DNA of 63,910 nucleotides, the filler included, from Octopus bimaculoides (Eukaryota), in the NCBI RefSeq assembly GCF_001194135.2. It is 4 parts of 4 records of this genome, joined end to end, with 100 filler letters (N's around TTAATTAATTAA, not from the genome) between each part and the next. Parts side by side here need not be neighbours in the genome. Positions count along the whole stretch, not along the records: positions 1 to 28,695 come from NC_068984.1; positions 28,796 to 40,143 come from NC_069007.1; 2 more parts are not named here. One strand, 5' to 3'. Under the pieces are notes generated by a model. The model was not told where the DNA came from and made no database searches. It was given only the letters and a program-made list of their open reading frames with translations. The translations under genes were made by a program, and so were the position numbers. Shown piece after piece: positions 24,225 to 36,402 of the stretch (its first letter is position 1; the number at the start of each line of letters is the position of its first letter).

Positions 24225-24412
24225 GTGCTTGTCTACCACTGCCACTTGACAGTGGTTTGTTTACATCCCCGTAAATTCGCAGTTTAGCAAAAGAGACAAG
24301 ATGCTAGGCCTAAAGCAAAAAAATACTGGATTCAATTTATTTGACTAAAACCCTACAAAGCAATGGTGTCCAAGCATGGCTGCAGTCCAATGACTGAAAT
24401 AGTAAAAAGATA
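24225..24412 (+). mobile_element. Family A SINE 3' part
   Basis: ccacttgacagtggtttgtttacatccccgtaaattcgcagtttagcaaaagagac ... gcagtccaatgactgaaatag. Confidence 0.75.
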
Positions 24413-24631
24413 AAAACTCAGAACCAAATGGTTAGCATCTTTGCATCTTCTCTACTGAAACATGTAATTAATTCATTCTTATCAAATGAAATGACTTTCA
24501 CCATGTCATTTTATTCTAATTTTGATTCTTGATTTTATAAGTTCCATAATTCCTTGAGCTGTTGAGCACTGTGAAATCTATCATAATGTTTTATATTTCA
24601 AATGTAATCAACCTGCTGAAGCTTTTCCTCT

Positions 24632-24817
24632 TCAATCCTTTAGTTACCAAATTTCTGTTGAAATACATTGCCTTTGTTTGAATTATTTTGAGTAAAACAA
24701 CCGTCATTATTAAAGGGTGCATTTGGAACGTAAATTAAGATGAAATTTTGATTACTTTCAAAGAAAGTCAGTATCACAGATCTACAGGTGGTCTTGGGTT
24801 GTTATAAAAAGGGTTAA
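24632..24817. mobile_element. Degenerate piggyBac-type MITE
   Basis: Starts tcaatcctttagttacc, ends aaaaggg|TTAA; interior similar to the 1396 copy. Confidence 0.5.
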
Positions 24818-25723
24818 GTTATGAAAAACTTGGGCTAAGTAAACAAAAATCATACACTTCTATTGTAGCAAAAGCTAAATTGTTTGGGCCATGAACACAG
24901 TTTAGAGACCATCCTTTTAAGATATGAATTGCAAGATCTATTAGTTAGCTTTTTCCTCTCTGAAATATACACCCATGAAAGGATTCAAGCCTAATATTAC
25001 ACATTAGCTAAAAACTCATCAACTGTACAATACGTGTTTGGGTCATGGACACAGTTTGGAGACTATTATTATAAAGATATGAATCAAGTGACCTATTAGC
25101 CAATGAGCTGACATCCCCATCAATTTCACTAGCTGTAACACACACCAGTCACTAAAACTATGGTTTATGTTAGGCATTGCCCATGTAGAGAGAATACAGA
25201 AAGTTGTTTAAAGGAAATAGTCATTACTTGCTTTAAATGGGCAGAAACTAGTTACTACTCACACTTCACATTAAAATGTCTGCCTGAGAAAGGCAATCGG
25301 GTATCTGAGTTTGTAAAAATATGCCACTTGTACAGGCCAGGAAGAATAGTCATGAAGCAATTCGAAAATGAGAAAAGACAAGTCTTTTGCTATGTGAAAT
25401 TCTCTCTCTCTCCATATATATATAGAGAGAGAGGGGGGGAGCATGTGATTTAAATTGAAGGAATTAATTTATAAATATAAACACACTGTTTGCACTAAGG
25501 AAAAATGAAAAACAACTGATATGTCAGAGTTGTTTAATTCAGACCACCCTTCAAAACAACAGATTACATAACAGAGATAATACAATAAAAAAAGAGCTAA
25601 CAGTACAGAAATATAGATAGGACAAGGTGAGGCAGTATTCAAGTTACACCAGAATTTAAGAAGGTTAATGACCCATGTGTGAGTGTGCACAGACACACAT
25701 ACATAAAAACAAGTGTGTGTATG

Positions 25724-25768
<45 letters not shown>

Positions 25769-26589
25769 ATGAAAAATAAAAACATTTGCTAGTAAACATA
25801 TTAGTCATATAATACTTTCAAAACATGGTAAAACAGAAAATTACATAATAAAGTATTCAACATGATAAATATCAATAATATAAAAAAGAAGAACAACATT
25901 TTAAAGTTAATTTGTTATTACTTTGTAATAACAACTTTATAGTCTACCTACTTAGTCATCATGACTACTACTTCAGAAAATTTAATTGCACCTTACTGAC
26001 ACCACAATACCAAAATACCAAAAATACAAGGTTTACCAATTCAACAGTTTTGTAAGATTGTCATCTTTAACTAAGATACCAGTCTTACAAAGCTTAAGAG
26101 GAAAGTTCTTATAAATTACTCTCACCAATCCCAATTATATTTGATTTTGTACATATTTTTTTTTTATATTTTCAATACCTTAAACATACAGTAAAAGAAA
26201 AAAAACATTTTTTTTAAAGTAAATATTTATCTAATATAAGATATCCACACACAAAAAAAAAATACTTATAAAAAGAAAATGCGCTATGAATACCAACTAA
26301 AGCAACTTCAAACAAATTTTATAACAACATACTAATTCTCCATTAAAAATTAATAAAACCTTCCAGTAAAGAAAAGTTTTTATTCATTTTTCCCCAGAAT
26401 TCAAAAAGCTGTTAGATAATTAAATAATACAAAAATCCATACAAACTTAATGCAATGTTAACTACATTATCATTAAAAGTAAATAAATTACCTCACGATA
26501 ATATCAAGCACACATAGTACATAAGAAAACAAGAGTCTGCCCATGAAGTCTAAATGTAAAATAATAAAAGTCGGCAAACCAACATGTTC

Positions 26590-26790
26590 ATAGGTGCAGA
26601 TGTAGTTTTGATGTTAAGAAGTTTGCAGGCATGAATGCGTGGTTACAAAGCCTGCTTTGCAGTCCTGTGGTTTTGGGTTCAATCTCACTGCACGACAACC
26701 TAGGTATCTTTTACTCCAGCCCTGGGCTGACCAATGTCTTGTGAGTGAATATGGTAGCTGAAAACTACAGAAAGTTAGTTGTGTTTATAT
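26590..26790 (+). mobile_element. Family A SINE head, decayed
   Basis: ggtgcagatgtagttttgatgttaagaag...ggttcaatctcactgcacgacaacc...gtgagtgaatatggtagctgaaaac. Confidence 0.6.
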
Positions 26791-27235
26791 AAGAGTGAGT
26801 ATATGTGTTTGTGTGCACATGTGCATGCATGCACACACAAGCATGCATGAATAACATTTTCTATGTTTGTTGTCACATAAGTGAAACAATGATTATGCTC
26901 ACAATACTTGTTGATGTTATGAGTGGTTTCTCTGTATTTTCAAAGACTTCTGGGATACAAAAATCTCTTGCTTGAAAAACAGGTATGGTTTGGCACTAGG
27001 AAGAGCATCTAGCCTCAAAATCCTGCTTCAAATAGTTCTCTATAGCATAGAAAAATGGGCACCAAAAGAAACCAATGAACAAACGCAGGCATAATGCATG
27101 AAATTTAATAAGGGGAGAAAAAATCGGGGTCAAAACAGGGAGCTGAGGGATAATACTCAAGTACAAGGAACAAGACAAAAAAGAAATGCAACAACGGACC
27201 TGTGAAAAGATACCTAGGGTGGTAGCCCTGTGACA

Positions 27236-27597
27236 TCTTGTTGGCACTCCATCGCTTACGACGTCGAGGGTTCTAGTTGATCCGATCAACGGAACAGCCT
27301 GCTCGTGAAATTAACGTGCAAGTGGCTGAGCACTCCACAGACACGTGTACCCTTAACGTAGTTCTCGGGGGATATTCAGCGTGACACAGTGTGACAAGGC
27401 TGACCCTTTGAATTACAGGCACAACAGAAACAGGAAGTAAGAGTGAGAGAAAGTTGTGATGGAAGAGTACAGCAGGGTTCGCCACAACACCCCTGCCGGA
27501 GCCTCGTGGAGCTTTAGGTGTATTCGCTCAATAAACACTCACAACGCCCGGTCTGGGAATCGAAACCGCGACCCTATGACCGCGAGTCTGCTGCCCT
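27236..27597 (-). mobile_element. tRNA-Arg-like SINE (family B), lacking the extreme 5' A-box
   Basis: Highly similar to the reverse complement of 42185-42545; B box ggtttcgattcc on the minus strand. Confidence 0.9.
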
Positions 27598-27810
27598 GTA
27601 ACATTTAACAACAAATATTTACACTTCATTCATTATCTCACGTTATGAAACACAGTATACTTAGTAAATACATCCAATGGCAATTGTTACTTCTGTTAGC
27701 ATACTGGTGATGAGTGACTAGACACTCTATTGTTTAAAAGTGACTAGTTTCAAAAACATTGCAGGTTAAAATGTCAATTAACAGTGATATTAGAGTTGCA
27801 ATAAATCATT

Positions 27811-28145
27811 CAGGCACAGGCATGGCTGTGTGGTTAAGAAGCTAACTTTGCAACCACGTGGTTTCAGGTTCAGTCTCTTTGCATGGTACCTTGGGTAAGT
27901 GTCTTCTACAATGTCATCAGGCCAACCAAAGTCTTGTGAATGAATCTGGTAGATGGAAACTGTGTGGATGCCACTGTGTGTGCATTCACTCTCCCACACT
28001 GCTTGACAACTGGTGTTGGTTTATTTACAGCTCCATAACTTAGTAGTTCAGCAAAAGAGACTACTTGAATAAGTACCACACTTAAATAAACACTGAGGTT
28101 GATTTGTTTGATTAAACCCTTCATAGCAGTGCCCCAGCATGCAAG
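27811..28145 (+). mobile_element. Family A SINE, near full length
   Basis: caggcacaggcatggctgtgtggttaagaag...ccttgggtaagtgtcttctac...gcagtgccccagcatg. Confidence 0.85.
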
Positions 28146-28400
28146 GCTGTGAAGCCGGAGTCATGGAGTCGGTAAAACTATACCAACTCTGATTCCGACT
28201 CAGAATGTCTTTAGTCTTTAATATAAACCAATTATAACATATAGGCCTACTCAATATACAAGCGTATGCATTTGCTTTATGAGGTATGTAGACCAGGAGT
28301 TGGAGTCGAAATTGGAGGTGCCAATAGTACAGGAGTTGGAGGCAAAGTTTTTTTTGTTTCGACTCCACAGCCCTGCCAGCATGACTGCAATCCATAGATA

Positions 28401-28606
28401 TAGGGAGAATTCACAAAAAAAACAAAAGACGAAGACAGGTGGTGTACAAAACAAACAGATGTATTAGTATAATGGTCAGGAAGTGAAAAGTCTTTAACAT
28501 TTCGAGCCTACGCTCTTCCACAGAAAGGAACACAGAAAGAAACAAGGAAAGAAACACAGAGAGAAAAAAAAGGAACGTGTAGTGGCTAGCGGTCTATCAT
28601 GGCGAA
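28401..28606. repeat. Dispersed repeat (family P), possibly a Penelope-like terminus
   Basis: Close match to 47772-47930: tagggagaattcacaaa...gacgaagacaggtggtgta...tttcgagcctacgctcttccacagaaagg. Confidence 0.8.
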
Positions 28607-28610
28607 ATAT

Positions 28611-28695
<85 letters not shown>

Positions 28696-28795
28696 NNNNN
28701 NNNNNNNNNNNNNNNNNNNNNNNNNNNNNNNNNNNNNNNTTAATTAATTAANNNNNNNNNNNNNNNNNNNNNNNNNNNNNNNNNNNNNNNNNNNN
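28696..28795. other. Artificial scaffold-concatenation spacer
   Basis: 44 N + TTAATTAATTAA (stop codons in all six frames) + 44 N; identical at three places. Confidence 0.97.
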
Positions 28796-28802
28796 CTCCT
28801 CC

Positions 28803-28837
<35 letters not shown>

Positions 28838-31217
28838 CTTCTTCTTCTTCTACTTCTTCTTCTTTCTCTTGTAATTTTCTCGCTGTATCACGAAGTATAT
28901 AGCCATATTTCCTACGTGTATGTTTGTGTGTATGTAACATTATCTTCTTAAAGGTGTACACTTGTGTTTCCCAGCTCCATACGGCATTGCGGTGGAATAC
29001 TCCACACGAAAGGATTTTTTTTCTTTTTGGTAGGTGGTCAAGCAGCTTTACATTCTGGGTTCATATTCCACCCAGGTTGACTTCACATTTTATCTACTCT
29101 GATGCCGACAAACATAAAGTACCAGTCATTAATTGCGGGTACAACAATCAACCCTCGTCCTCCTTTCCACCTTTCTATTTTCCTTTCTTTCTTTATTCTC
29201 ATCCACTTATTCATCAATTAATTAATTAATTCAGACATTTTATCTATTCCTTTTTCTTTCTATATTTTTCTCATTCAATCATTCACTCATTCTCTCTTTC
29301 TTCCTTTCCTTCTACTCTCCTTTTCTTTCTTTCTCATAGTTCTTCGTTATTTATATAATTTTTTCTCTTCGCTTTTCCGTCTTTCTTTCAGTCTTCCTTC
29401 CTCCTTGTTTATCCTTCTTTTTTTCCAATCTTTCCTTCTTTCTTTTCGCTTTTCTTTTTTCCTTTATTTCCTTCTTTTACTTTCATTAACCAATTAACAT
29501 TTTCTTTCTTCCATTTTTTAAATTCTCTCCTTCTCCGCTCCCCTTTTCCTTCCTTCCTTCCTTCATTCCCTTCTTCTTTTGCTTATTGGTTTCTTCCTTA
29601 TTTTTTCATTCCTTCTTTTCTTTCTCATCTCTTTCATTGTTCTTCCTCATTTTGCCAACTACGCAAGAATTACAAACGCGCCACCCATCACCCCATAACT
29701 ACTCCTCGACTCCCTCACCCCACTCCTCGCTCCTCCCCTCACACCTGTCCTAACACCAGCACCACCCCACCCCACCCACNNNNNNNNNNNNNNNNNNNNN
29801 NNNNNNNNNNNNNNNNNNNNNNNNNNNNNNNNNNNNNNNNNNNNNNNNNNNNNNNNNNNNNNNNNNNNNNNNNNNNNNNNNNNNNNNNNNNNNNNNNNNN
29901 NNNNNNNNNNNNNNNNNNNNNNNNNNNNNNNNNNNNNNNNNNNNNNNNNNNNNNNNNNNNNNNNNNNNNNNNNNNNNNNNNNNNNNNNNNNNNNNNNNNN
30001 NNNNNNNNNNNNNNNNNNNNNNNNNNNNNNNNNNNNNNNNNNNNNNNNNNNNNNNNNNNNNNNNNNNNNNNNNNNNNNNNNNNNNNNNNNNNNNNNNNNN
30101 NNNNNNNNNNNNNNNNNNNNNNNNNNNNNNNNNNNNNNNNNNNNNNNNNNNNNNNNNNNNNNNNNNNNNNNNNNNNNNNNNNNNNNNNNNNNNNNNNNNN
30201 NNNNNNNNNNNNNNNNNNNNNNNNNNNNNNNNNNNNNNNNNNNNNNNNNNNATCCCAGATTAACAAAATTACTAATTATTGTAAATGTTAATTATGGAAT
30301 AATTACGTAGCAATTACAACAAATTACTTCCGCTTTTTCGGCCGGTCTCTATCTGGAGATGTGTGTAAGAGGTGGGGGGTATGAGGGGGTATGAGGGGGT
30401 AGGCGGTTGGATGATGGTGGGTGTGGTGGAAGGAGGATGGGCAAATGTGTGTGTGTGTGTGTGTGCGTGTTTGATGATGTGTGGGTATGTGAACGTGTGT
30501 ATGTGTGTATTCGTGCTCGGTGTATGAGAACATGTGTGTATCTGTGTGCGTGCCTTATAGTATGTGTGTATGTGTTGTTCCATGTGTGCGGATGCATGTG
30601 TGCATGTGTGTGTTTCAATGTAGGAATGTGTGTATGTGCATGTAGGTGCGTGAGAATATGTGTGAGTGTCTGTGTTTTGGTGTATGGGTGCATGTGTGAG
30701 CGTATGATGTTTTTCTGTGTGTGGGTATGTGAATGTGTGCGTGTTTAGATGTATGTGTGTATGTGCTTGTGTGTTTCGGTGTATGTGTGTGTTAGTGAGA
30801 GAGAGAGAGAGAGAGAGAGTGTGTGTGTGTGTGTGTGTGTATGTGTGTTACATGTGTATTTGTTGGTGAGTCGCTATGCGTCGGCTTTTCTTACCATCGT
30901 CATCACCCTCATCACAAGAAAATCACTAATGATAATTGCAACAGTAACAAGAAGAACAACAACAATAATGATAATAATAATAATAATAATAATAATGATT
31001 GGTGTAAATGCAGATGAAATGATGGGCAAGGAAGAGTTTAACCAAAGAGCTGAGGAGAAGAGAAAAGAAGACCTTCTTGAAATGAGAATGCATGGACAGA
31101 NNNNNNNNNNNNNNNNNNNNNNNNNNNNNNNNNNNNNNNNNNNNNNNNNNNNNNNNNNNNNNNNNTAACAAGAAGAACAACAACAATAATGATAATAATA
31201 ATAATAATAATAATAAT

Positions 31218-31984
31218 GATTGGTGTAAATGCAGATGAAATGATGGGCAAGGAAGAGTTTAACCAAAGAGCTGAGGAGAAGAGAAAAGAAGACCTTCTTG
31301 AAATGAGAATGCATGGACAGATTGAAAAGAATAGACATAACATTAATGATATTACAGCATCGTGGGCATGGCTTGAGCGAGGTGATTTGAAGCGTACCAC
31401 CGAGAGCCTGACCGTTGCTGCACAAGGTCAAGCTCTGGCTACCAAGTCAGTGAATTATAACATCTGTAAAACGTTTGACACCCAGAAATTCAGACTCTGA
31501 GGAAAGAGTGTGGAAAATGTGGCCTACTTGGTAAAGTGGATGTGAGAGTGTTGCGCAAAAATAATACAGCATTACTAATCGAATATCGTCGGTCGGATAT
31601 TGTCATATTAAATAAGAGAGACAAATACTGTCAGATCATTGATGTAGCCATACCAAATGACATGAATGTTGTGAGTAAAGAGGTTGAAAAAACCCCACCA
31701 AGGACTCCGAATTGAAAGTGGAAATGGTAAGACTGTATGGATTGCGAGAGAGTAATGTAAAAGTGATACCAGTGGTGATCGGAGTGTTGAGCTCAATCCC
31801 ATTGAAACTTCAAGACTTCTTAAGGCAACTGGAAATTCTATGCGAGATTGTCTTGCAAAAAGTAGCCTTATTTGGACACAGCGCACATCTTAAGGAAAAT
31901 ATTATCTGCCTGAGGTCCTTGTGTTGTGACTCGACAAATGACTAAAGACTTCGGTACATTTTTACCCACACTATGTTACGAAGG
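31218..31984 (+). mobile_element. 5'-truncated, decayed R4/Dong-clade non-LTR retrotransposon (zinc knuckle and restriction-like endonuclease) within (TAA)n
   Basis: Reads MHGQ...SWAWLERGDLKRTTESLTVAAQGQALAT, a degenerate CCHC knuckle (KFRL*GKSVENVAYLV), IEYRRSDIVILNKRDKYCQIIDVAIPNDMNVVSKEVEK (PD..D-type RLE) and VIPVVIGVL...VLQKVALFG. (TAA)n on both sides. Confidence 0.88.
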
Positions 31985-32439
31985 AATAATAATGATAATA
32001 ATAATAATAACAACAACAACAATGATGATAATAATAATCATTTCACTCAATCAGAGCTGAAGCTCTACAAAATACAGGAGAACCACGGCTAGAACATATG
32101 TGATCGTATTACCGCTCTGTCAGAGCTGGTCTAAGGGCTAAACAATATGTCAGACCTGTTGTAAAGCATTTCTGTTGTTATGCCGACGAGGAGGCTTTCA
32201 ACGTGATCACTTGATGTGTTAGAAATAGATATCAAATCTCCTCCAAATCACAGCATTTGTTCAACAAACGAAAGGGAGGTAGGCTTTTCTCATTACAAGA
32301 TTAGTATGAAAGATCAGAACCGATTTAGTGCTAAATCAGTGGTTAACGCTGTCGGCTCATGTAAGCTGTGCTCATTCGTTGGTGGTGGTCATTGCCATAC
32401 CAATATACGACTACAATACCAACGAGAGCAACACGACTA

Positions 32440-33604
32440 ACATCAATACCAGTACTAGCGGCAGCAGCAGCAGCAGCAGCAACACCTCCACCACCTCCAC
32501 CACCACCACCACCACCACCACCACCACCNNNNNNNNNNNNNNNNNNNNNNNNNNNNNNNNNNNNNNNNNNNNNNNNNNNNNNNNNNNNNNNNNNNNNNNN
32601 NNNNNNNNNNNNNNNNNNNNNNNNNNNNNNNNNNNNNNNNNNNNNNNNNNNNNNNNNNNNNNNNNNNNNNNNNNNNNNNNNNNNNNNNNNNNNNNNNNNN
32701 NNNNNNNNNNNNNNNNNNNNNNNNNNNNNNNNNNNNNNNNNNNNNNNNNNNNNNNNNNNNNNNNNNNNNNNNNNNNNNNNNNNNNNNNNNNNNNNNNNNN
32801 NNNNNNNNNNNNNNNNNNNNNNNNNNNNNNNNNNNNNNNNNNNNNNNNNNNNNNNNNNNNNNNNNNNNNNNNNNNNNNNNNNNNNNNNNNNNNNNNNNNN
32901 NNNNNNNNNNNNNNNNNNNNNNNNNNNNNNNNNNNNNNNNNNNNNNNNNNNNNNNNNNNNNNNNNNNNNNNNNNNNNNNNNNNNNNNNNNNNNNNNNNNN
33001 NNNNNNNNNNNNNNNNNNNNNNNNNNNNNNNNNNNNNNNNNNNNNNNNNNNNNNNNNNNNNNNNNNNNNNNNNNNNNNNNNNNNNNNNNNNNNNNNNNNN
33101 NNNNNNNNNNNNNNNNNNNNNNNNNNNNNNNNNNNNNNNNNNNNNNNNNNNNNNNNNNNNNNNNNNNNNNNNNNNNNNNNNNNNNNNNNNNNNNNNNNNN
33201 NNNNNNNNNNNNNNNNNNNNNNNNNNNNNNNNNNNNNNNNNNNNNNNNNNNNNNNNNNNNNNNNNNCCACCACCACCACCACCACCACCACCACCAAAAC
33301 CCAAATCACCATCGCCATCACCACTACCACCAGCATCACGATCATCGTAACCACCACCACCATCATCATCAACCTGATCGCTTGCACAGCTAAGCGTTAC
33401 CACTACAACACAAACACTAACCACGAAAGTAACAAGACCAAAGGATCACTGACGTCCGAAACCACTACAACTAGCGCCTCTACCGCACCAAACAGGTACG
33501 GCTACTACAGCCAACACCACCACCAGCAATACAACTACTACTACCACTACTACAACTACTACTACTACTACTACTACTAGTACTACTACTGCTGCTGCTG
33601 CTAT

Positions 33605-33676
<72 letters not shown>

Positions 33677-33830
33677 CTCCACCAAAACCACGACCACCAG
33701 TATCAACATAGGTGCCACCAAGACAAACACAGATATAACAACCGCCACCACCAACATCACCGTCAACACAACAACGACGCCCCCACCACAAAAACACATC
33801 GCACCACCGCCACCACCACTAGCACAAACT
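32440..33830. repeat. Compound trinucleotide tract (CAG/CAC/CAT/TAC/TGC) with a gap
   Basis: Successive trinucleotide runs flanking an N gap. Confidence 0.9.
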
Positions 33831-34188
33831 TAAGCTTGCCCTCCCCCCACACACGCCGCTGCCACTATCATAGCATTATATTGAATCATAAACAGAGGTT
33901 TAAGGTGTTATATAAATCCGTACTCAAGGGAGATTTAGCGATGTTTAAGATTAAGATTATGAGATTTACGTGTAAAGATGTATCAGATATAATTTGGTAT
34001 TTGATACAGTCAAGTGTGTGTGTGTGGTACCAGTGTGTATGTGTGTGAGTGTGTGTGTGTGTGTATGTGTGGGTGCGTGTGTGCGTGTGTATGTGTGTGT
34101 GTGTGTATGCGTGTGACCTTTGATTATTCAGAGGTGATTACACATATATACAAACACACAAGCACCAACATCTGTGCATATGAGTGTG

Positions 34189-34230
<42 letters not shown>

Positions 34231-34693
34231 CATAAATATATAGGGATTGACAGTAACCTGCTTCTCCAACATACTGAGAATTCAGAAATAGCAGTCAAAG
34301 AACTACTGATTTCAAAACTACAAATTATTACTCCAAATTATTACTTCATACTGAGCTACCCGGCAAAATTGTTAATTATTAATTTTATTACTAATTGACG
34401 ATTCCCTGCCCTGCATATCTATATATATATATATATATATACATATGTGTGTGTGTTTGTATGTATATATGTATGCATATATTGCATGTATGTATATATA
34501 TATATATGCATATATATGTGTGTGTGTGTGTGTGTGTATATGCAACCACTGATAAAATCATACATGGACAAGTATGTGAATATACAGTGAGTGAATATGT
34601 ATGCACACATTTACAACTACTGACACAGACACAGACACATACACATAAATACATGTACACACACACATATGAATCTGTATGTATGTGTGTGTA

Positions 34694-34740
<47 letters not shown>

Positions 34741-35388
34741 GACTGTTCATAATGTATGATTATGTCTGTGTATCTATATATCTATCTCACACTGCCTTTG
34801 TTTCTTTCTTTCTCTCCCGCTTTCTTTTTTTTCTTTCTCCCCCTCTCTATATATATATGTATTTATGTATATATGTATGTTAATATATTGGTGTATACGT
34901 ATGTGTGTATGTGCACTCCTACATACATTCATACACATGTATGATAGATGCATTCATAGCAGCAGTTTAAACTATTTGAATTAGCTCTTAAGTATGTGAA
35001 TACGCGCCATGCTATTCCCCGCATATGCATCCACGCGTTCGGAGACGCACGCACTATTATGAACGTGAACACATGCACATACACACACATATCCTACTTG
35101 CTTTGATACAAACCTCATGTAATATGCAGTCGCATACACGATACGCAATCACTCACACACACAGACACACACACAGACACACACACGCACACACACACAT
35201 ACACACACACACATATGGAGGCCATAAAACTATAATTTTTCTTAAATTTTATTCCTATCAACTTTTCTATGAAGAAGAATTTCTGTCCGAAAGTTTTGGT
35301 TATCCAGGTTCCACGGCAATTTCACTATACGTTCTCTATCGATTTTTCTAAAAAGCATGCAACCTCTATGTTCTGTTTGCGTTTTCTC

Positions 35389-35421
<33 letters not shown>

Positions 35422-36199
35422 NNNNNNNNNNNNNNNNNNNNNNNNNNNNNNNNNNNNNNNNNNNNNNNNNNNNNNNNNNNNNNNNNNNNNNNNNNNNNNN
35501 NNNNNNNNNNNNNNNNNNNNNNNNNNNNNNNNNNNNNNNNNNNNNNNNNNNNNNNNNNNNNNNNNNNNNNNNNNNNNNNNNNNNNNNNNNNNNNNNNNNN
35601 NNNNNNNNNNNNNNNNNNNNNNNNNNNNNNNNNNNNNNNNNNNNNNNNNNNNNNNNNNNNNNNNNNNNNNNNNNNNNNNNNNNNNNNNNNNNNNNNNNNN
35701 NNNNNNNNNNNNNNNNNNNNNNNNNNNNNNNNNNNNNNNNNNNNNNNNNNNNNNNNNNNNNNNNNNNNNNNNNNNNNNNNNNNNNNNNNNNNNNNNNNNN
35801 NNNNNNNNNNNNNNNNNNNNNNNNNNNNNNNNNNNNNNNNNNNNNNNNNNNNNNNNNNNNNNNNNNNNNNNNNNNNNNNNNNNNNNNNNNNNNNNNNNNN
35901 NNNNNNNNNNNNNNNNNNNNNNNNNNNNNNNNNNNNNNNNNNNNNNNNNNNNNNNNNNNNNNNNNNNNNNNNNNNNNNNNNNNNNNNNNNNNNNNNNNNN
36001 NNNNNNNNNNNNNNNNNNNNNNNNNNNNNNNNNNNNNNNNNNNNNNNNNNNNNNNNNNNNNNNNNNNNNNNNNNNNNNNNNNNNNNNNNNNNNNNNNNNN
36101 NNNNNNNNNNNNNNNNNNNNNNNNNNNNNNNNNNNNNNNNNNNNNNNNNNNNNNNNNNNNNNNNNNNNNNNNNNNNNNNNNTATATATATATATATGTA

Positions 36200-36402
36200 T
36201 GTGTGTTTGTGTTTGTCCCTCCAACATCGCTTGATAACCGATGCTGGTGTGTTTACGTCCCCGTAACTTAGCGGTTCGGCAATAGATACCGATAGAATAA
36301 GTACTAGGCTTACAAAGAATAAGTCCTGGGGTCGATTTGCTCGACTAAAGGCGGTGCTTCAGTATGACCACAGTCAAATGAACGAAACAAGTAAAAGAGT
36401 AT
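36200..36402 (+). mobile_element. Family A SINE 3' half, CpG-intact
   Basis: gtttacgtccccgtaacttagcggttcggcaatagataccgatagaataagtactaggc...gaaacaagtaaaagag. Confidence 0.9.

Noticed and set aside
28740-28751. TTAATTAATTAA as a biological motif or piggyBac footprint
   Set aside because: Centred in exactly 44+44 N three times: an artificial linker.
30945-31321. Apparent tandem duplication of the R4-like 5' junction
   Set aside because: Identical copies flank an N gap (31101-31165); most likely an assembly overlap.
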